DNA of 64,000 nucleotides from Ptychomitrium polyphyllum (taxonomy: Eukaryota), in the NCBI GenBank assembly GCA_973851085.1, contig OZ316775.1:15748001-15812000 (forward strand), given 5' to 3'. A model generated the notes under the pieces. The model searched no databases and had not been told where the DNA came from. It saw nothing but the letters and a program-made list of their open reading frames with translations. Positions 1 through 13,251 of this stretch are shown here, piece by piece (the stretch's first letter is position 1; every line of letters begins with the position of its first letter). Made by a program: the position numbers and the translations under genes.

Positions 1-45
1 TGGGATGTTAGCCTTGTTAGTAATGTAGCACTGGTCGTTGTGCAG

Positions 46-2669
46 GCAGCCGCTGTGGCCCGGGGGAAGGGCGAGTACCCGGAGAGACTGGGACAGCCAG
101 AGTGCCAGGTGATTACAGTGTGTGGTTGGTGATCGTTTGCTAGGAATTTCAAACTCTGGATTAGGATGTCCATGTGCTTTTTACATGCCTCGTCCTTGGA
201 TATCGTATTACTATTTTTTTATCATCGTAGAGGCTATACGTTACTAGAAATTGAGCTACACGATTGTGAAATTGGGTCTGCAACTACAATTGATCGACTT
301 ATGAAGTCCTAATGCTAGAATATGGCTTGCGCATATCCTTCGTACAAATACATGTTGCGTCTGGGGTGTCTTTTGTGGTCTGTGACAGCAGTCCTGTATA
401 TAGGTCACGGGAATTCGCTCAGTGCAATCTGAGTATGTACTAGGATGTTCATGAACTTTGCATATATGTGTGCTGTTTGTTGGTTGTCTCGGGGACATAC
501 ATATTCTACAATTTGTTGACATGGCTGTAAAATCTTAGAATCAACTAAAACCGATCAAATTGCACAATCGCTAATACTTTCAATGCTAGAACGGATTCAC
601 TGACTACTGTTAATACACTGAGAAATGGCTGTGAGCGGTGCTGGGCACGCGCCCTTGGCGGTGATATGGTCAATAACAGCGGTGTTCGGGGCGCTTGGTG
701 TGTGTGTTTTCAGTACTATTTGAAGACTGGTACGTGCAAATTTGGAGCTACGTGCAAATACCATCACCCGAGAGAGAAAGCTGGATCAACGGGGCGTGTA
801 CATTTGAATGTGTTAGGTCTTCCATTGAGACAGGTTGGTAGGCGTGCATTGTTGGAGTCTGAGCACGAGCTTGGTCTATCGTGCATCTGATTGTCAGTCT
901 GCCGTCTTGTCGCCCTTCGTTTCGGTATCTGTGAATCGTGAGTGTTGTGTGTAAGCATTGTGGCGTCTTGTGTAGGGTCGAAGTCGTGTGTGGTCTGTGG
1001 GGAGGCGATAGACGGAGCATTGTTGGAATGGTGGGGAATGGGAGGAGGGCAGGGGTGTACTAAGAGGTAGCGTGGTGGTACAATGTACTGTAGGGGGAGA
1101 AGGAGTGTGCGTATTACATGCGGACGGGGTCGTGCAAGTATGGAGTAACCTGTAAATTTCATCATCCACAGCCTACGGCGGTCGGGGCTCTGGTGTCGTT
1201 GCCGCAGTACGGGAGTGGCGGGGGAGGGCCATCGTCTGCAGCGGGTCAGGCTCAGGCTTATCCAGCGGGAGTACCTCAATGGCCGATTGCGAGGTCGCCG
1301 TATCTGCATCCTCGATTACAAGGGCCTTCGAGTTACGGTCCGGTGATGCCACTGCCGCAGGGGATCATGTCGATGCCCGGATGGAACACATACCAAGTAA
1401 GTGGTGCGAGTGGGGGATGGAGTTGCGAGTGAATGGCGTGTACGAATGTTGTGTCGGGGCAAGAGTAGTGTGCAGTGGAGAGTTGCACGGGCTACTTGCA
1501 TTCGGCCGGAGGCCCTGAGACGTGGAGTTTTTCTGGCGATCCCTGGTTTGTCCTGCATCGATTTGGAGAGCAGTACACTGGCCCCGTTGGAGCTGATAGC
1601 GGTGTTGGTAGAGTCGGAGTCTTGACGGTCGAGTGACGTGTATTCTGATTAGGCCTGATTCCCGTGGTTTGCAACACTGGAGAGGTGTGAGTTGGTGCAG
1701 CACACGTGACGTGACTTGCTAAACGAGTGATAGTGTTGCTGGAAGCCTTGAAGCGATTATTTAGAGTTTGTGGCACCGAGCGTGGCCAGGATCGCCTTGG
1801 TAGTCGGCAGTTGGAGTTGCAAGGTCTGCCTGAATCGTGACCGGGTGTTGGGTGCCGTGTGGTTGCAGCAGGGACCGGTCGGGCCGCCAGAAGGGCAGCA
1901 GCATGGGGGGTACGTGTACGGAGGGTCGGCGCAGGGAGAGCAGATGTCGAGCTATGCCCCGTACATGCAGGGGTCGTCGGCGATGGGAGTGCCGGCCCAC
2001 CAGGCGCAGTCGATGGGAGGGCAGAAGGACACGGTGTTTCCGGAGAGACCCGGGCAACCGGAGTGCCAGTACTACATGAAGACGGGCGACTGCAAGTTCG
2101 GCACAACGTGCAGATACCACCACCCGAAGGACCGAGCGACTCCATCACCGACGTGCCATCTGAGCCCCATCGGGCTTCCCCTTCGGCCCGTAAGTGGTGT
2201 GATGCTTGTTTGCACGGTCGTTAGTGCTGTTGGAAATTGGGTAGGTGGTGACTGACAGGCGTGACACGGCGGGTGGGTTTGGTGGATGCAGGGGGCTCCT
2301 CCTTGCTCGTTCTACACACGGTATGGCATCTGCAAATTCGGGCCGACGTGCAAATTCGACCACCCGTTGGTAGGAGGCCTAACATACAGTCCATCAGCGT
2401 CGTCACTGTCGGATATCCCGGTGGCTCCTTACCCGATCGGGTCATCACCGACGACTCTGGCGCCGTCTTCGTCTTCCGATGCTCAGGTTCTGGAAGGAGC
2501 TGGATCGATGGAAGCGGGTGGATATGGGGAAGGCATGAGCGGGCACCAGCGGATGAGAGGTAGTATGGATGCAGGGATGGGTAGCTCATCAGCTGCTGCA
2601 GGGGGGAGTGGGTCGGGGAGCAACGGTGCAAGTGGGTCAAGCCAAGGTGATAGTGGTGGGAAGAGTTAG
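46..2669 (+). CDS. Tandem CCCH zinc-finger RNA-binding protein, copy A (5' part upstream of window). Exons 46-108, 714-833, 1094-1396, 1869/1872-2189, 2292-2669
   Basis: Repeated C-x8-C-x5-C-x3-H fingers with [15 protein letters not shown] lead-ins (e.g. [40 protein letters not shown]). GT-AG junctions keep phase. Resembles the plant ZFN/HUA1-like CCCH group. Confidence 0.93.
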
Positions 2670-2785
2670 GGAAAACTGTTGGCCAAGCTAAAGAACGATG
2701 CCTTGCTTGATGAGTTGGTGTGGGACCCTGGGAAGCTACACACACATACACCTGACTGGGTTGGGTCAAAAATTTGTTTTTGGCT
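617..2785. repeat. Left arm of a 2169-bp inverted repeat (partner 16843-19011)
   Basis: Every ORF in 666-2669 recurs with an identical translation on the opposite strand at mirror sum 19628. Both endpoints were read base by base. Confidence 0.95.
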
Positions 2786-3206
2786 ATGCAAAGTCGGTGT
2801 TAATAAGGTTCGAGCCGGGGCCTGCAAGTTTTTGATTGGGCTGTTCTTCTTGGGTTACATAACTTGAAGGCTGATGCTGCAACTTGTAAATTGGTGTAAG
2901 GGGTTTGATCGTGTAGATGGCCAGTACTAAATCCTTCTCCCCCGCCGTCTCTCCTGTGCCTTGTCACTGGCCTTCCTTTAGTTTCTCCTTCTCCTTCCAT
3001 TCACCTAAGTCCACTTTTTCTCTACCTCCCTCTTACGACGATATTCATATCTGGTGATATCTCTTGTAGCTCGGGCAATTGACAGCTGCTCTTCTGTCTA
3101 GTGAAGGAAAGGGGTCAATGCCATTGCCCCTCGATTTGTTCGAATACAATGTTCAGCATTCCGTTGTGATTGCAAAGAGGAGACAAAGTGCGCTACTTTT
3201 CTCATT

Positions 3207-3275
3207 GTAGATTGCCTGTTTAGGCACCTCTTCTTCCAGTTTGTTAGATTCATTGGCCTCAAGCCCTGAAATAAC
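3207..3275 (+). pseudogene. Short relic of a PIG-X-like exon and acceptor downstream of CCCH copy A
   Basis: gtagattgcctgtttaggc...ccagtttgttagattcattggcctcaagccctgaaataac matches the reverse complement of ~16445-16506, the start of the PIG-X pseudo-exon. Confidence 0.6.
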
Positions 3276-6200
3276 AGCTATCCCGTCGCTCTGTGCACCA
3301 CCTCATAGGCTGCTGTGTCATGCTCTTGTCTTCAATCTATGACACCATCCTTGACATCATCCTCCAAACCAGCTTCCTGGCATGCATTCTTGCCCTTGTG
3401 ACACATCATATTGATGGAATCAGGGCTCCTGCATGTTGTGGCAGTGGGTTCAATTTTGGTTACTCAATTTTTATAAAAATCGCCCTTCCTTTCATACACC
3501 TGTATCATGCCTTTGTCCCATGTTGTGTCGATCAGTCTTTTGCATCATGATGCCCTACCTGTGATTGAAGTCAGTTGCGTGTTTTGATCTACTGCTTTGT
3601 TGGTTGAGCTGAACTAAGCTAATAAGCAAAGAAACCATCAAGGAGTTCGAACTTTTGAATGGGATGCAACTGGGACTTTGACCTAAATTCTCGATGCCTT
3701 CGAATGCTGGGCAATCATTGGAGCAACTGGCATCGAAGGCTAACCAAATTAGGGTGGGAGAGAATAACTGGGCTACGAAGTTGTAGGGAAAGCACTTTTC
3801 TACGAGGACAGTGGACTTGGGCTATCTTGGGCGTGGCCCATTTAAACGAAAGATGCAGATGGGCCTCGTTGGTGACACTGCTGGCGTGTCGCATGCCAGT
3901 GGTCGGGTTAGCGACCGTAAGTAAAGTCAAATAGTTTAGGGGGATGGGAAGTTCAGGGGTGCGCTATTAAAAGCAGTGAACAAATGGCACTGCCCAAATC
4001 AGCAGCTCCCTGGGGCCAATGGCCGGTGCAGCACTCTTCATCCATTCCCTCCTTGCCTCTGTCGGTTCATGCACTTGTCGTGTGTGCCGTACCAGGCGCA
4101 TTGATGGGCAGCCTCTCAGGTCTTTCGGTTTTTGTTTTTTCCCGGTCTGGGCAGGACGGGCAGCCCAGAGCGCAGGCGAGTGTGAGTGGAAGTTGCATGT
4201 GTCTGCCCGGTTGACCACTTTTTGAGCTAAGAAATGGAGCTTAGAATGTGTCCCCTGAACTTTGGACTTCAGTTCTCGTTCCGATGACCCCGCGCCCCAC
4301 GTTTGAATTTCTTGTGTGGCTGCTGTGCTGTTGTGCTCGGATGGAAGGAACGTCCAGTTTGGCTTTGCTCGTAAGTTCAGAGGATGCTTCTTATTGAAAA
4401 TTCATATTACTTCTAAGAATCTTTTTAAATAAGTCTGAGATTTTTGACGAGATTTTTGACGAGGCGGAGGTTACAGTAAAGAACACCATAAGGAAATATG
4501 AATGAAAAGTATTTTGAAGTTCGGAAGTTGTATGGAGTTTTTTTTGGTACAAGCTTTTAATTTCCATCTTAAAAAAATATTGTGATTGTCATTAAGAATT
4601 TAAGAACAAACTCTGTTATCCTAACTTCATTTTTAATGTTTTAAGAACATTGGAAAGAGGTTTCTAAAAGTGGTTGGAAATGGTTTGTTTATGGTTGTGT
4701 TTCCATAAAGAGAGCCGTCCATCTCTTTCAAAAAGTTCCATTGCATTATATGTTTTATAAACTTAGGTTCCATATCCAAGTCCATAAGCCATTAATTGAA
4801 ATAACTTAATAATAACATGATATATCTTGTGATTGGATAGTAATAGGATATATTTGCAAATGAAGTGAATAAACAATAAAATAATAAGAATATAATCAAA
4901 TAATATATAGAGTGGAAAAACAAGTGTTATAGACCTTATCCTACTTCTTATTTATTATTGATGGCTTGATCTTGTGTAAAGGCATGGATTGTGATCTTTT
5001 GAGGTGGTGGCATGATAATCTTTAGAAATCCCTTTAAACACCCTTGTTTTGAAATGAAATCTTCAAATACAGAAAAAGAGGAATTAATATTCAATTACTA
5101 ATGTTATCATTTCTTTCTCCTTTTCACACCACAACATTTGATTTACAATCATGGGTTCAATACTTTATCAAATATTTAAAGGAATATTTTATGGAATTGC
5201 ATTAATAAGAATTTTGTATTAAGCCAAAGTACTTTATTAATCCAAATTTGAGTTAATATCAAACAATCAAAATTTTAATTAAACTTGCAAGACGAACTTA
5301 ATGTAAGACATTTTATGTATATTCCTTAGAACTCATATCTTAAATTTATTTTTGGATTTTTTTGGATCATTTTGCTTAATTGTCATGTGTAATATCTTAC
5401 TAAAAAACTATGGCAATTATTCTTTTAACTAGCAACAATTGTAGACTAATGTAATCTTAACTTAAATTTATTCCAAAATTGTAGAATCAAAAAATCTAAA
5501 ATTACAGCATTGATTGCAAAAAAGTAAAGACTCCAATTGTAGGCTTCAAATTAAAGATTCCATAGATATATGACAAAAATTCTTTGTATTAGTGAATTTT
5601 GGCATTACATTTTCTCAAATACCAAAACTTTTAAAAAAACAAAATTTGCAAATTGAACTTAATTTTTGAAAAAAAAATTCTTAATTTTTATTAGCCTTAA
5701 ATAGATTTTGAAGTACAATGTTTTCCTTGTAATATAAAATATTGAATATTTGGTGATTAATTGGACTATCCAAATTATGCTTTGGCATTAAACAATGACT
5801 ACATCAAAATAAATATTTATATCAAGAATTGCAGTTTTTAGCATGATTTTATCTCTTAAAGATATCATTCTTTTTTAAGAATTACATTCAATTAAAGATG
5901 AGGGCACTCATAATTCAATGCATAAATCTTATATTGAAAGAATGATAAGGATTTATCTTCTATGCTCATAGTTATAATAGAATGTCATGAAAATTCCTAT
6001 AATTCAATGCATTGCCAAAATTTAATCCTAAATTAATCATTAAATGCTTGAAGGATATAAAACACATTGAGATGAATTATAATTTGTGACTTTTATAATT
6101 TTTTATGAAAGTTTTAATTGAAAGAAGAAATAAAAGTAACAATGTGCAAAAACTATTAGTACAATCAAATCTTCAAGAATTGGTTTGAATATTTATAAAA

Positions 6201-8230
6201 TAAATTAAAAAGCATTTAACTTAAAATTTTCACATGTTTTTAAAAATTTTAGTATATGAATTTTGAAATGATGGCTATAGTTAGATTTGATTTAGTAAAA
6301 TATTAATTTTGAATGTCAAAAATTGTATCTTTTTTCTTAAAATGATAAATTTATTATACTATAAGACAACGTTGAGGTGTTTTGTTATGAAAATTTCTCC
6401 TAAATATAATTTAACTTAGATTGACATTATTCAAGTTGGTATGGAAAGAACACTTAATTTCTTATCAAAACTTAATTTTCATTGTACAAAAGAAAATGGG
6501 AGTTTAATCCAAGCATTAAAAAAAGGCAATGATCATGCAATGGTCACTATAATTAGGTTTAAGACATAAAATAGAACTTTTACAAGTATGAAAATTTTCA
6601 TGGTGGGAATTTTTTACAATTGGTGATGTAGATAATACCAATTTCAAAAAAACTCAAATGCAAGAATGATTTAAGGATTTTGGTTTTTGATGAGCATGCT
6701 TTCCATTTACTAGTGTGGAGCCTTTTCACAAAAGTATTCATTGAAATTAGCTAATTCTAGAGACTGCAACAAACCAATGGTGCAAAATATAGCAGAAGCC
6801 GCCTCTCTGTGACTGGAATCAATTTGACTCTGTATATTCAGAATCTAACTAACGTCAAAGAATATTTTCAAATCATGACAATTTGGCAGAATAGGCAATA
6901 TGTTCATTTAATTGAAAATAGAAGTAAGTAAAGTGACCTGTAATCTCAACTTTATTACCAACTTCGCCGTGACTTTGCAAGACATCCCACTTTATGAGTC
7001 TGCGCTCCGAATCTTCAAGGCGTCCATATTGATTTACTGATTTTCTGGCAGGTGTATCAACCAAGACAAAGTTACTGCAAGTTTGACTACTAATTATCTC
7101 TGCATCTTTCCGTAAACTCGGGCACAGATTTTCACACAAGGATGAAACTTGATAGACCCGTTGATACACAAGTATAGTTTAGATCCATACGGTAACAATA
7201 CGCTGACAAAGACCACAGAGCCACATATAAAACCACGAGGATGCGACGGTTGGGGAGGAGTAACCGTCTCATGTCACGTCGCTTGGACCCGGACCTTACA
7301 CTTCGTTGCTCACGAAACTTGTGAATGCAAAAAAAAACAACCCACACAATGCTAATGACGACCACATTGCACCCTCGTACAATCTCCACTCTACTGTCAG
7401 CCACTGTTGTTGTGCTGGTTGCACTGGAGAAGTATTTTTTGCCAGAGGCATGTCATGTTTCCTTTGAGAACATTCCCGTGGTTTTCCTCAGCTACTTGAA
7501 CTATAATGGTACTCGGTAAACTTTCGAATGATGTGAATGGAATTAGGGTAAATTTGGCTTGAGTCATTTAGCAACTCTCCTGCTTTGCATACGATCGAAA
7601 ATGGTTTCCTGTGATGAAGAGGTGGGATCGCTGGTCTCCACTTCCTGCGTTTGTAAACAAATGTTGCAAGAATGTTTCAGTAACCTAACTTCTTCTAATT
7701 TGTTCCTCTGATACAAGTAGGTTGTGAAGTAGACTGCAAATAGGGATAGATACAGCCTATTATTCTCTAGGTTCTTTGAAACTCTACTCAAACGCTACAT
7801 GTAATTTTCGAACAAGTGAAAGTGAGAACTGTACATTGCTTACATCCTAGTATCATGAATGACGACGGGGCATCAGAACGATAACCAAAAGTTAATGCCT
7901 GGAATCCAATAAACTGTAGCATTAAAACCTGGAACACACTAACCTTGAGGTATTTTCACATTCTTTGAAATGCATGAACCTCTGGAATCAAGATGCAGAT
8001 TCTCATATTGGTACATGTGACGATGCTATCGAATGACTCATGCAGGCAATCATGGTTGTACACTGTGAAACCCATTATTTCTGAAATGCTTTGTTATAAA
8101 AGGTCTTACAAAAACATGCACAAAATACACGGGTTGCTGAATAAAGTACACCAACAAACCAAGTCTAGAGTCCGTTTGAAATGCAACATCTGTATGTAGT
8201 AGTTCGACGTGCGTGACAGAATTGTTCATC

Positions 8231-9613
8231 ATGCTAGTCCTAGAGGTTCAATTGCCACAGCAGGAAGCGATGAAGAGGATCGAATGGAACAAGGAGGCAC
8301 CGAGGTTCCACGAGCTCAGGAACAGAGTGCGAGAATTTGGTGTACCGCATGATTGGTGCGTGGAGGTCATGCGCAGCAATCGCTTTATATCTCCTGATGA
8401 CAATGCTGAGATTGTTGGGGAGCGAATAACCTTGCGGGCAGCACCAATAGCAGGTAATAATTCCCAAAATCAATCCTTAAACATTCCTGCTGATATTTAA
8501 AACGAAAGCCACAGCCTGGTTTGTATATTACTAAAATTGATGAGATAGATTTTAAAAACAGCAATGCGTTGTTTGACATTCTAAGCGTGAAAGAATGGTT
8601 ACCTCATAGATGATCCGGCAATCGAAGAGCCAGCTGAGGATCCACAATTTTCAAGATGGATGAAGCAGTCATTTGACAAGGTGACTGGGCATGTAGGACG
8701 AGTATTCTTGTGCGACACTTCGAAGCCAGATGAGATGGCAACTCCCACTGCAGTAGAAAGATGTGTTGGAACTGTAGGACTGATGGATGATCATGGTGCC
8801 TCTCTTTGTGCTTTGCACACAGTTTACGACTCTGTCGAGGACCCCTCCCGCTACAAAATCCATGTCGAGTACCCTAATTACCATCAAGGACGATTAGCGT
8901 TCGAAGCGAAGGTGAAAAGCATGGACGAGGATGTGGACATGTGTGTGTTAGAGCCCACTAAACCATTAACAAAGCCATGGTTGCCACTGACATATCTAGA
9001 CCTCGCCACGGATGCGAGGGAAGGTGACTTCGTATACTGTTTTTTCTACCCTAAAGATCCCTCTAAACACCAAACACCAGAGCTGTTCGAGAAAATAATC
9101 AAACCGGACAAGCCAGCAAGAATTTGGAGAGCTCCTGCATCTTCATCTACAGTAGCAGATCACCCAACCATCATCTCTGGCAACATCTGCTTCTCTGAGT
9201 GGATGCAAGGGGTGGCCACTTACAAGCACCTACCAGACCCCAATGGTGGCCTTCTTGTATCCCGCAGTGGCCGTGTGAAAGGCATTCATGTCAAGGCCTT
9301 CACATGTGGAGAGTTGCAGAACTTCATCCACTCCGAAAATCCTGATGAAATGAGAATTGCAAAGAAACTGAGCAAGACAATGAGCGTGTATGCACCGTCG
9401 GAAAGTCTTCCAGTTTTCGTTCCCCCTCACGGTTTGGTGAGAATGCTTCAGCTCCAAGGCGGGTCCGAGCTGCTGCAAGCTGCTCTTTTGCAAAACAAGG
9501 TGCACATGAAGGTGGGAAAAAAGGTGGATTCACAGAAGTGCGCAAAGATGAACAAGAGGAAATCCCCTTTCACCTTGAGAAGGAGATCACTTGAAAAGAA
9601 GCCAAGAAGATAA
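8231..9613 (+). CDS. Trypsin-like (Trypsin_2/HtrA-type fold) domain protein, probably catalytically dead. Exons 8231-8453 and 8610-9613, ~408 aa
   Basis: A phase-1 GT-AG intron joins the two ORFs in frame. Motif order CVGTVGLM, LCALHTV (His), DVDMCVL (Asp), GDFVYCFFYP, PTIISGNI, PDPNGGLLVSRSGRVKGIH matches the protease fold, but GxSGG reads DPNGG. Confidence 0.72.
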
Positions 9614-9998
9614 TTAAGTTTACAAGCCGTTCTCCTGCATATGATAATCAGAGTCCACTGGAGACAGTGGACTCCGCATAGTGAAGATGCTCAGAAGTAG
9701 ACTAATGTGCTTAGGGGTTGTACTCTAAACTGGTGTCCGCGTGCGTCTCTGTGTCCATAAAAGTTTGCCCTAACGCAAAATAGGACTGTTCCATAATCTA
9801 CACACACTGTATGTTCCGTGTAAACAGCAGACACCCTAAACTCTTGATTGTGCCGCTGCAGCAGCTCGGCGTACAGTACAGACTTACATTGAGAATGCTT
9901 GAACTCTCCACCCTAAGGTTGCTGATTCTCTGCAGAACTAATCTAGATGCTACACCATCGACCCACAAAGGCGAACAAACAACCATCCTAAGAGATTA

Positions 9999-10547
9999 TC
10001 AGTTGAGAAGGTCGTAATCGTCAAGGCGGTTGTTGTACTGCAACACCTGTCGCTTGATCTTCGAAGAGTCCACCCAAGTAACGAAATCCTCCATATTCCG
10101 AGTGACCAAAAACGCAGGCTCGGTGATGGTATCGGGGCCGACGCGAATGTGGCCTTGCTCCACGAACGTCACGGCCTCACGCATATTCTCCGCCATGTTG
10201 AGACGCAGCATGACCACCGCAAGGCGACGGCGGCACAGACTGGACACCGACAGCTTGTTGCAGAGCGCCAAGCTCTTCTTGGACGGAATGACACCCATGC
10301 TGTACAGCTTCTCCAGCAGCGCCTCCGTCATCTCAATCCGCGTCGGGTCCTGCGGGTGCATCTTCTTCAGCATCGCGACGACCTTAGTCACCATGCCACA
10401 AATCTTGTTGTACTCCTGGTAGTCCTCGCGCCCCGTGATGTGGTAGCGCCGCATGACGCGCAGCTCGTGCTCGCCGCGCTCCTTCTTCCATTCCAGAAAA
10501 TTCACCTTCTTTAGCAGCTTCTGCTCGTGGTACTTGAGCTTCCTCAT
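9999..10547 (-). CDS. IMP3: U3 snoRNP protein IMP3 (S4-domain SSU processome subunit), intronless, 182 aa
   Basis: MRKLKYHEQKLLKKVNFLEWK, SLCRRRLAVVM, EQGHIRVGPD, FLVTRNMEDFVTWVDSSKIKR and C-terminal LDDYD are IMP3 hallmarks. Confidence 0.97.
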   Translation of the reverse strand: MRKLKYHEQKLLKKVNFLEWKKERGEHELRVMRRYHITGREDYQEYNKICGMVTKVVAMLKKMHPQDPTRIEMTEALLEKLYSMGVIPSKKSLALCNKLSVSSLCRRRLAVVMLRLNMAENMREAVTFVEQGHIRVGPDTITEPAFLVTRNMEDFVTWVDSSKIKRQVLQYNNRLDDYDLLN

Positions 10548-10679
10548 TGCGATCCCTCTCTCTCTGCAGAACCCTCACCGACCTGGTTCCAGCAATCTCG
10601 AGCAATCTCGAGCAATCTCTCTCTTCGCGAATTGCATAGCACACCCTCCGCGTCCCGAGCTGCACCCACACTGCCCGCC

Positions 10680-10697
10680 ACCCTAAACCCTAAACCC
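10680..10697. promoter_or_regulatory. Tandem telo-box (AAACCCTAA) upstream of IMP3
   Basis: accctaaaccctaaaccc lies ~135 bp upstream of the IMP3 ATG. Telo-boxes are typical of plant ribosome-biogenesis and translation gene promoters. Confidence 0.7.
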
Positions 10698-13251
10698 TTC
10701 CTTCATCCTTCGAAAACAATGTTTGTTAATCTGCAGCGGGTATCAATTTCGAGAATTCTCCCAATAGCACATAATAATATGTACATCACTGATAGATTTT
10801 AGATTCATAGGCTATAAGGTGGATAAAGATCATATTCTAGTACTGTACTCACTGCGTACATAAATTAGATAACGATTATTTTGCAAGATCGTGTCTTCAA
10901 AATAAATAAAAATTGTGAGGAAAAAATGGATTTTAGGAAATATTTGATTTTATGACCTTCATTCGAAAATGTAATAAAAACTTTTTCTAATTGGGCAATA
11001 TGGACAATGATGGCTTTGTATGAATTATTTTGAATTTTAATTAATATATAAAAGAAATGTAAAACTAAATTTTAAATGATCATTTTGTCCATCAAAAACT
11101 TAAAATTCACTTTAAGTTCAACAATTTAGAAAAATTTGGCTCTATTTATTGTGTTCATAACTCAAAGTTAGACCTTCATTCAAATATATCCTTATGTTTA
11201 GGCACATCATTTTAGCATTCAATGAAGTGATCATTTTCTTTATTTATAATCTTACTTAGATTATTTACAGTGTTATTTATATATAAATTTATGTTGTAAA
11301 TAAGAATTATCATTATATATTTTGTTTTACATTTTTATCTTTTATTTATTATATGTTGTTATTTTTTGTATTTTAATTACTTGCTTGTCTTTATTTATAA
11401 TTATATTCTAAAGGAGTTATTGATTTTCAAAGGCGTTTAATTGAGTATTGTTGATCTTTGAACCATTTTTAAACAACATTATATAATCATTTGTTTATTT
11501 TATATATAAATATGTATATACATATATAATTTGAAGTAATAGAAGATGCTTTATAAAAATTGAAGGACATTTAAAAATATAAGATATAATATATTATGAA
11601 AATTTTCCTAAATTTTATGATTTTTACTATGATTTCTTTTAAATTACTCCACTATTAAATAAGATTATCAATCATAAGGAAATAATCTCTTATAACAACA
11701 ATTATAAAAAAATTGTTGTAAATAAAACGTTTTTTTATTGTATTTTAAACATAAGATAGCCAAAGGTATTTCTTTCATTTAGAAAGTATAATTTTGATTC
11801 TTTTATTGGAAAAGATATATTCTAATATAAATGCTTGAAAAATAATTTGAATCATATATTTTTGGAAAAATACATCTATATTAGTAAAAATAGACGTATA
11901 TTAGAAATTTATGAAAATCCATCTTTGAATGCCAATAATCAAATATAATAACATGCAATGGATTTTTTTATTTACAAATAATAAATTGATAATATATATA
12001 TTTTCAAAATGGAATTTTAGAACAATAAAAAGACCACCTTTTGGAAGGAAAGGATTTAATAAAATTCCAATTTAATCATTTCTTCCAAATCCATATCTAA
12101 ATACTACATCTATTGCATGAATTTTGAAAGTCCTACAATATTACTAAATATATAGTTTCCATTTCCAAGTATTAGTTTAAAAAAGTAATTTAAGCTTTGT
12201 ATTTAAGAATGTTAAATTGATATGTAGTAGTGAATGCATGGAGTTAATTTTGTCAATTTGAGGAATAAAATTCTTTATATTATAATTGAAATATATTTTG
12301 ATACAAAATTTATACTTTTTAAACATGGAATTTTTATTCTCAATTATTAAGACCAATTAAGAATGTTTTGTAATTCAAATGTTTGCTATACTATATTATA
12401 GAATAATTATAATTTTATATATTCTATAAATAACCATGATAAAAAAATTCAATAAAATTTTAATAATTTTTCAAAAATATTTTATTAATAATTATAGTTT
12501 TTTAAATTTTAAAAACATTAAAATATTTAAAATTATATAAAAGCATTAATATTTAAAATATATAATTTTTTTGAACATTCTAAAAGCATTTTATGACTTG
12601 TCAAAATAGAAGCATAATTCCTAAAAGATCCTACTAATCTCATGTTTTGAGACCTTACAAAATTCTAGTGCAGAATATTACTTGGATGAATAATTTGGAA
12701 TTGACGTGGAAGTTATGGCTTACTCTTATTCAATGGATGATACATCTCATCCACAGACACTCTTGAACAAAGGGGACTCCGGAGCTTGAATTCATCCATT
12801 CACAGAAGACTCATCCGCTGGAACGCGCAGCATCGTAGCGAGTGCTCACCCAAAACCGTCACCGTACCCAGACCAACATCCATTTCTACGGATTTCGTAG
12901 ATTTGAGGCACGCAATGATACGTCGTACCTGAGGAATGTTCGCCCGGGGTACAGCCACGGTTGTGAGTATAGGCCTCCCTTTCATCAACTTCATCATCTT
13001 ATTCTCATACTGACGTTTCTCTTCTTGTTTTTCTCATTTTGGTTCTGCGAGCATCCTTGCGGTGCACGATCGGACGCAGTTCGAGCTCGCGGATCCATGG
13101 AATGATTGAGTGATCGCTTTGTGAATTTTGCGTTCGTTGCTGTGTGGCCGGCGGAGGTGAAGGTTTGGGTACCGGGCGGGGGAGTTTTTGGGGTGGAGAA
13201 GGTTTGGTGCTCGGGAGTAGTGGGTTAGGGTTAGAGGGGGAGACCGGAGAG

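Noticed and set aside
748..2769. Many overlapping alternative-frame and antisense ORFs over the CCCH genes (mirrored at 16820-18880)
   Set aside because: Shadows of GC-rich exons and introns; the spliced CCCH model explains the region.
6873..7791. Short ORFs, one with FVLVDTP reminiscent of a GTPase G3 motif
   Set aside because: No following Gly, no P-loop, and no coherent exon chain.
10591..10620. 3x 10-bp direct repeat (agcaatctcg) in the IMP3 leader
   Set aside because: Simple slippage repeat with no evidence of function.
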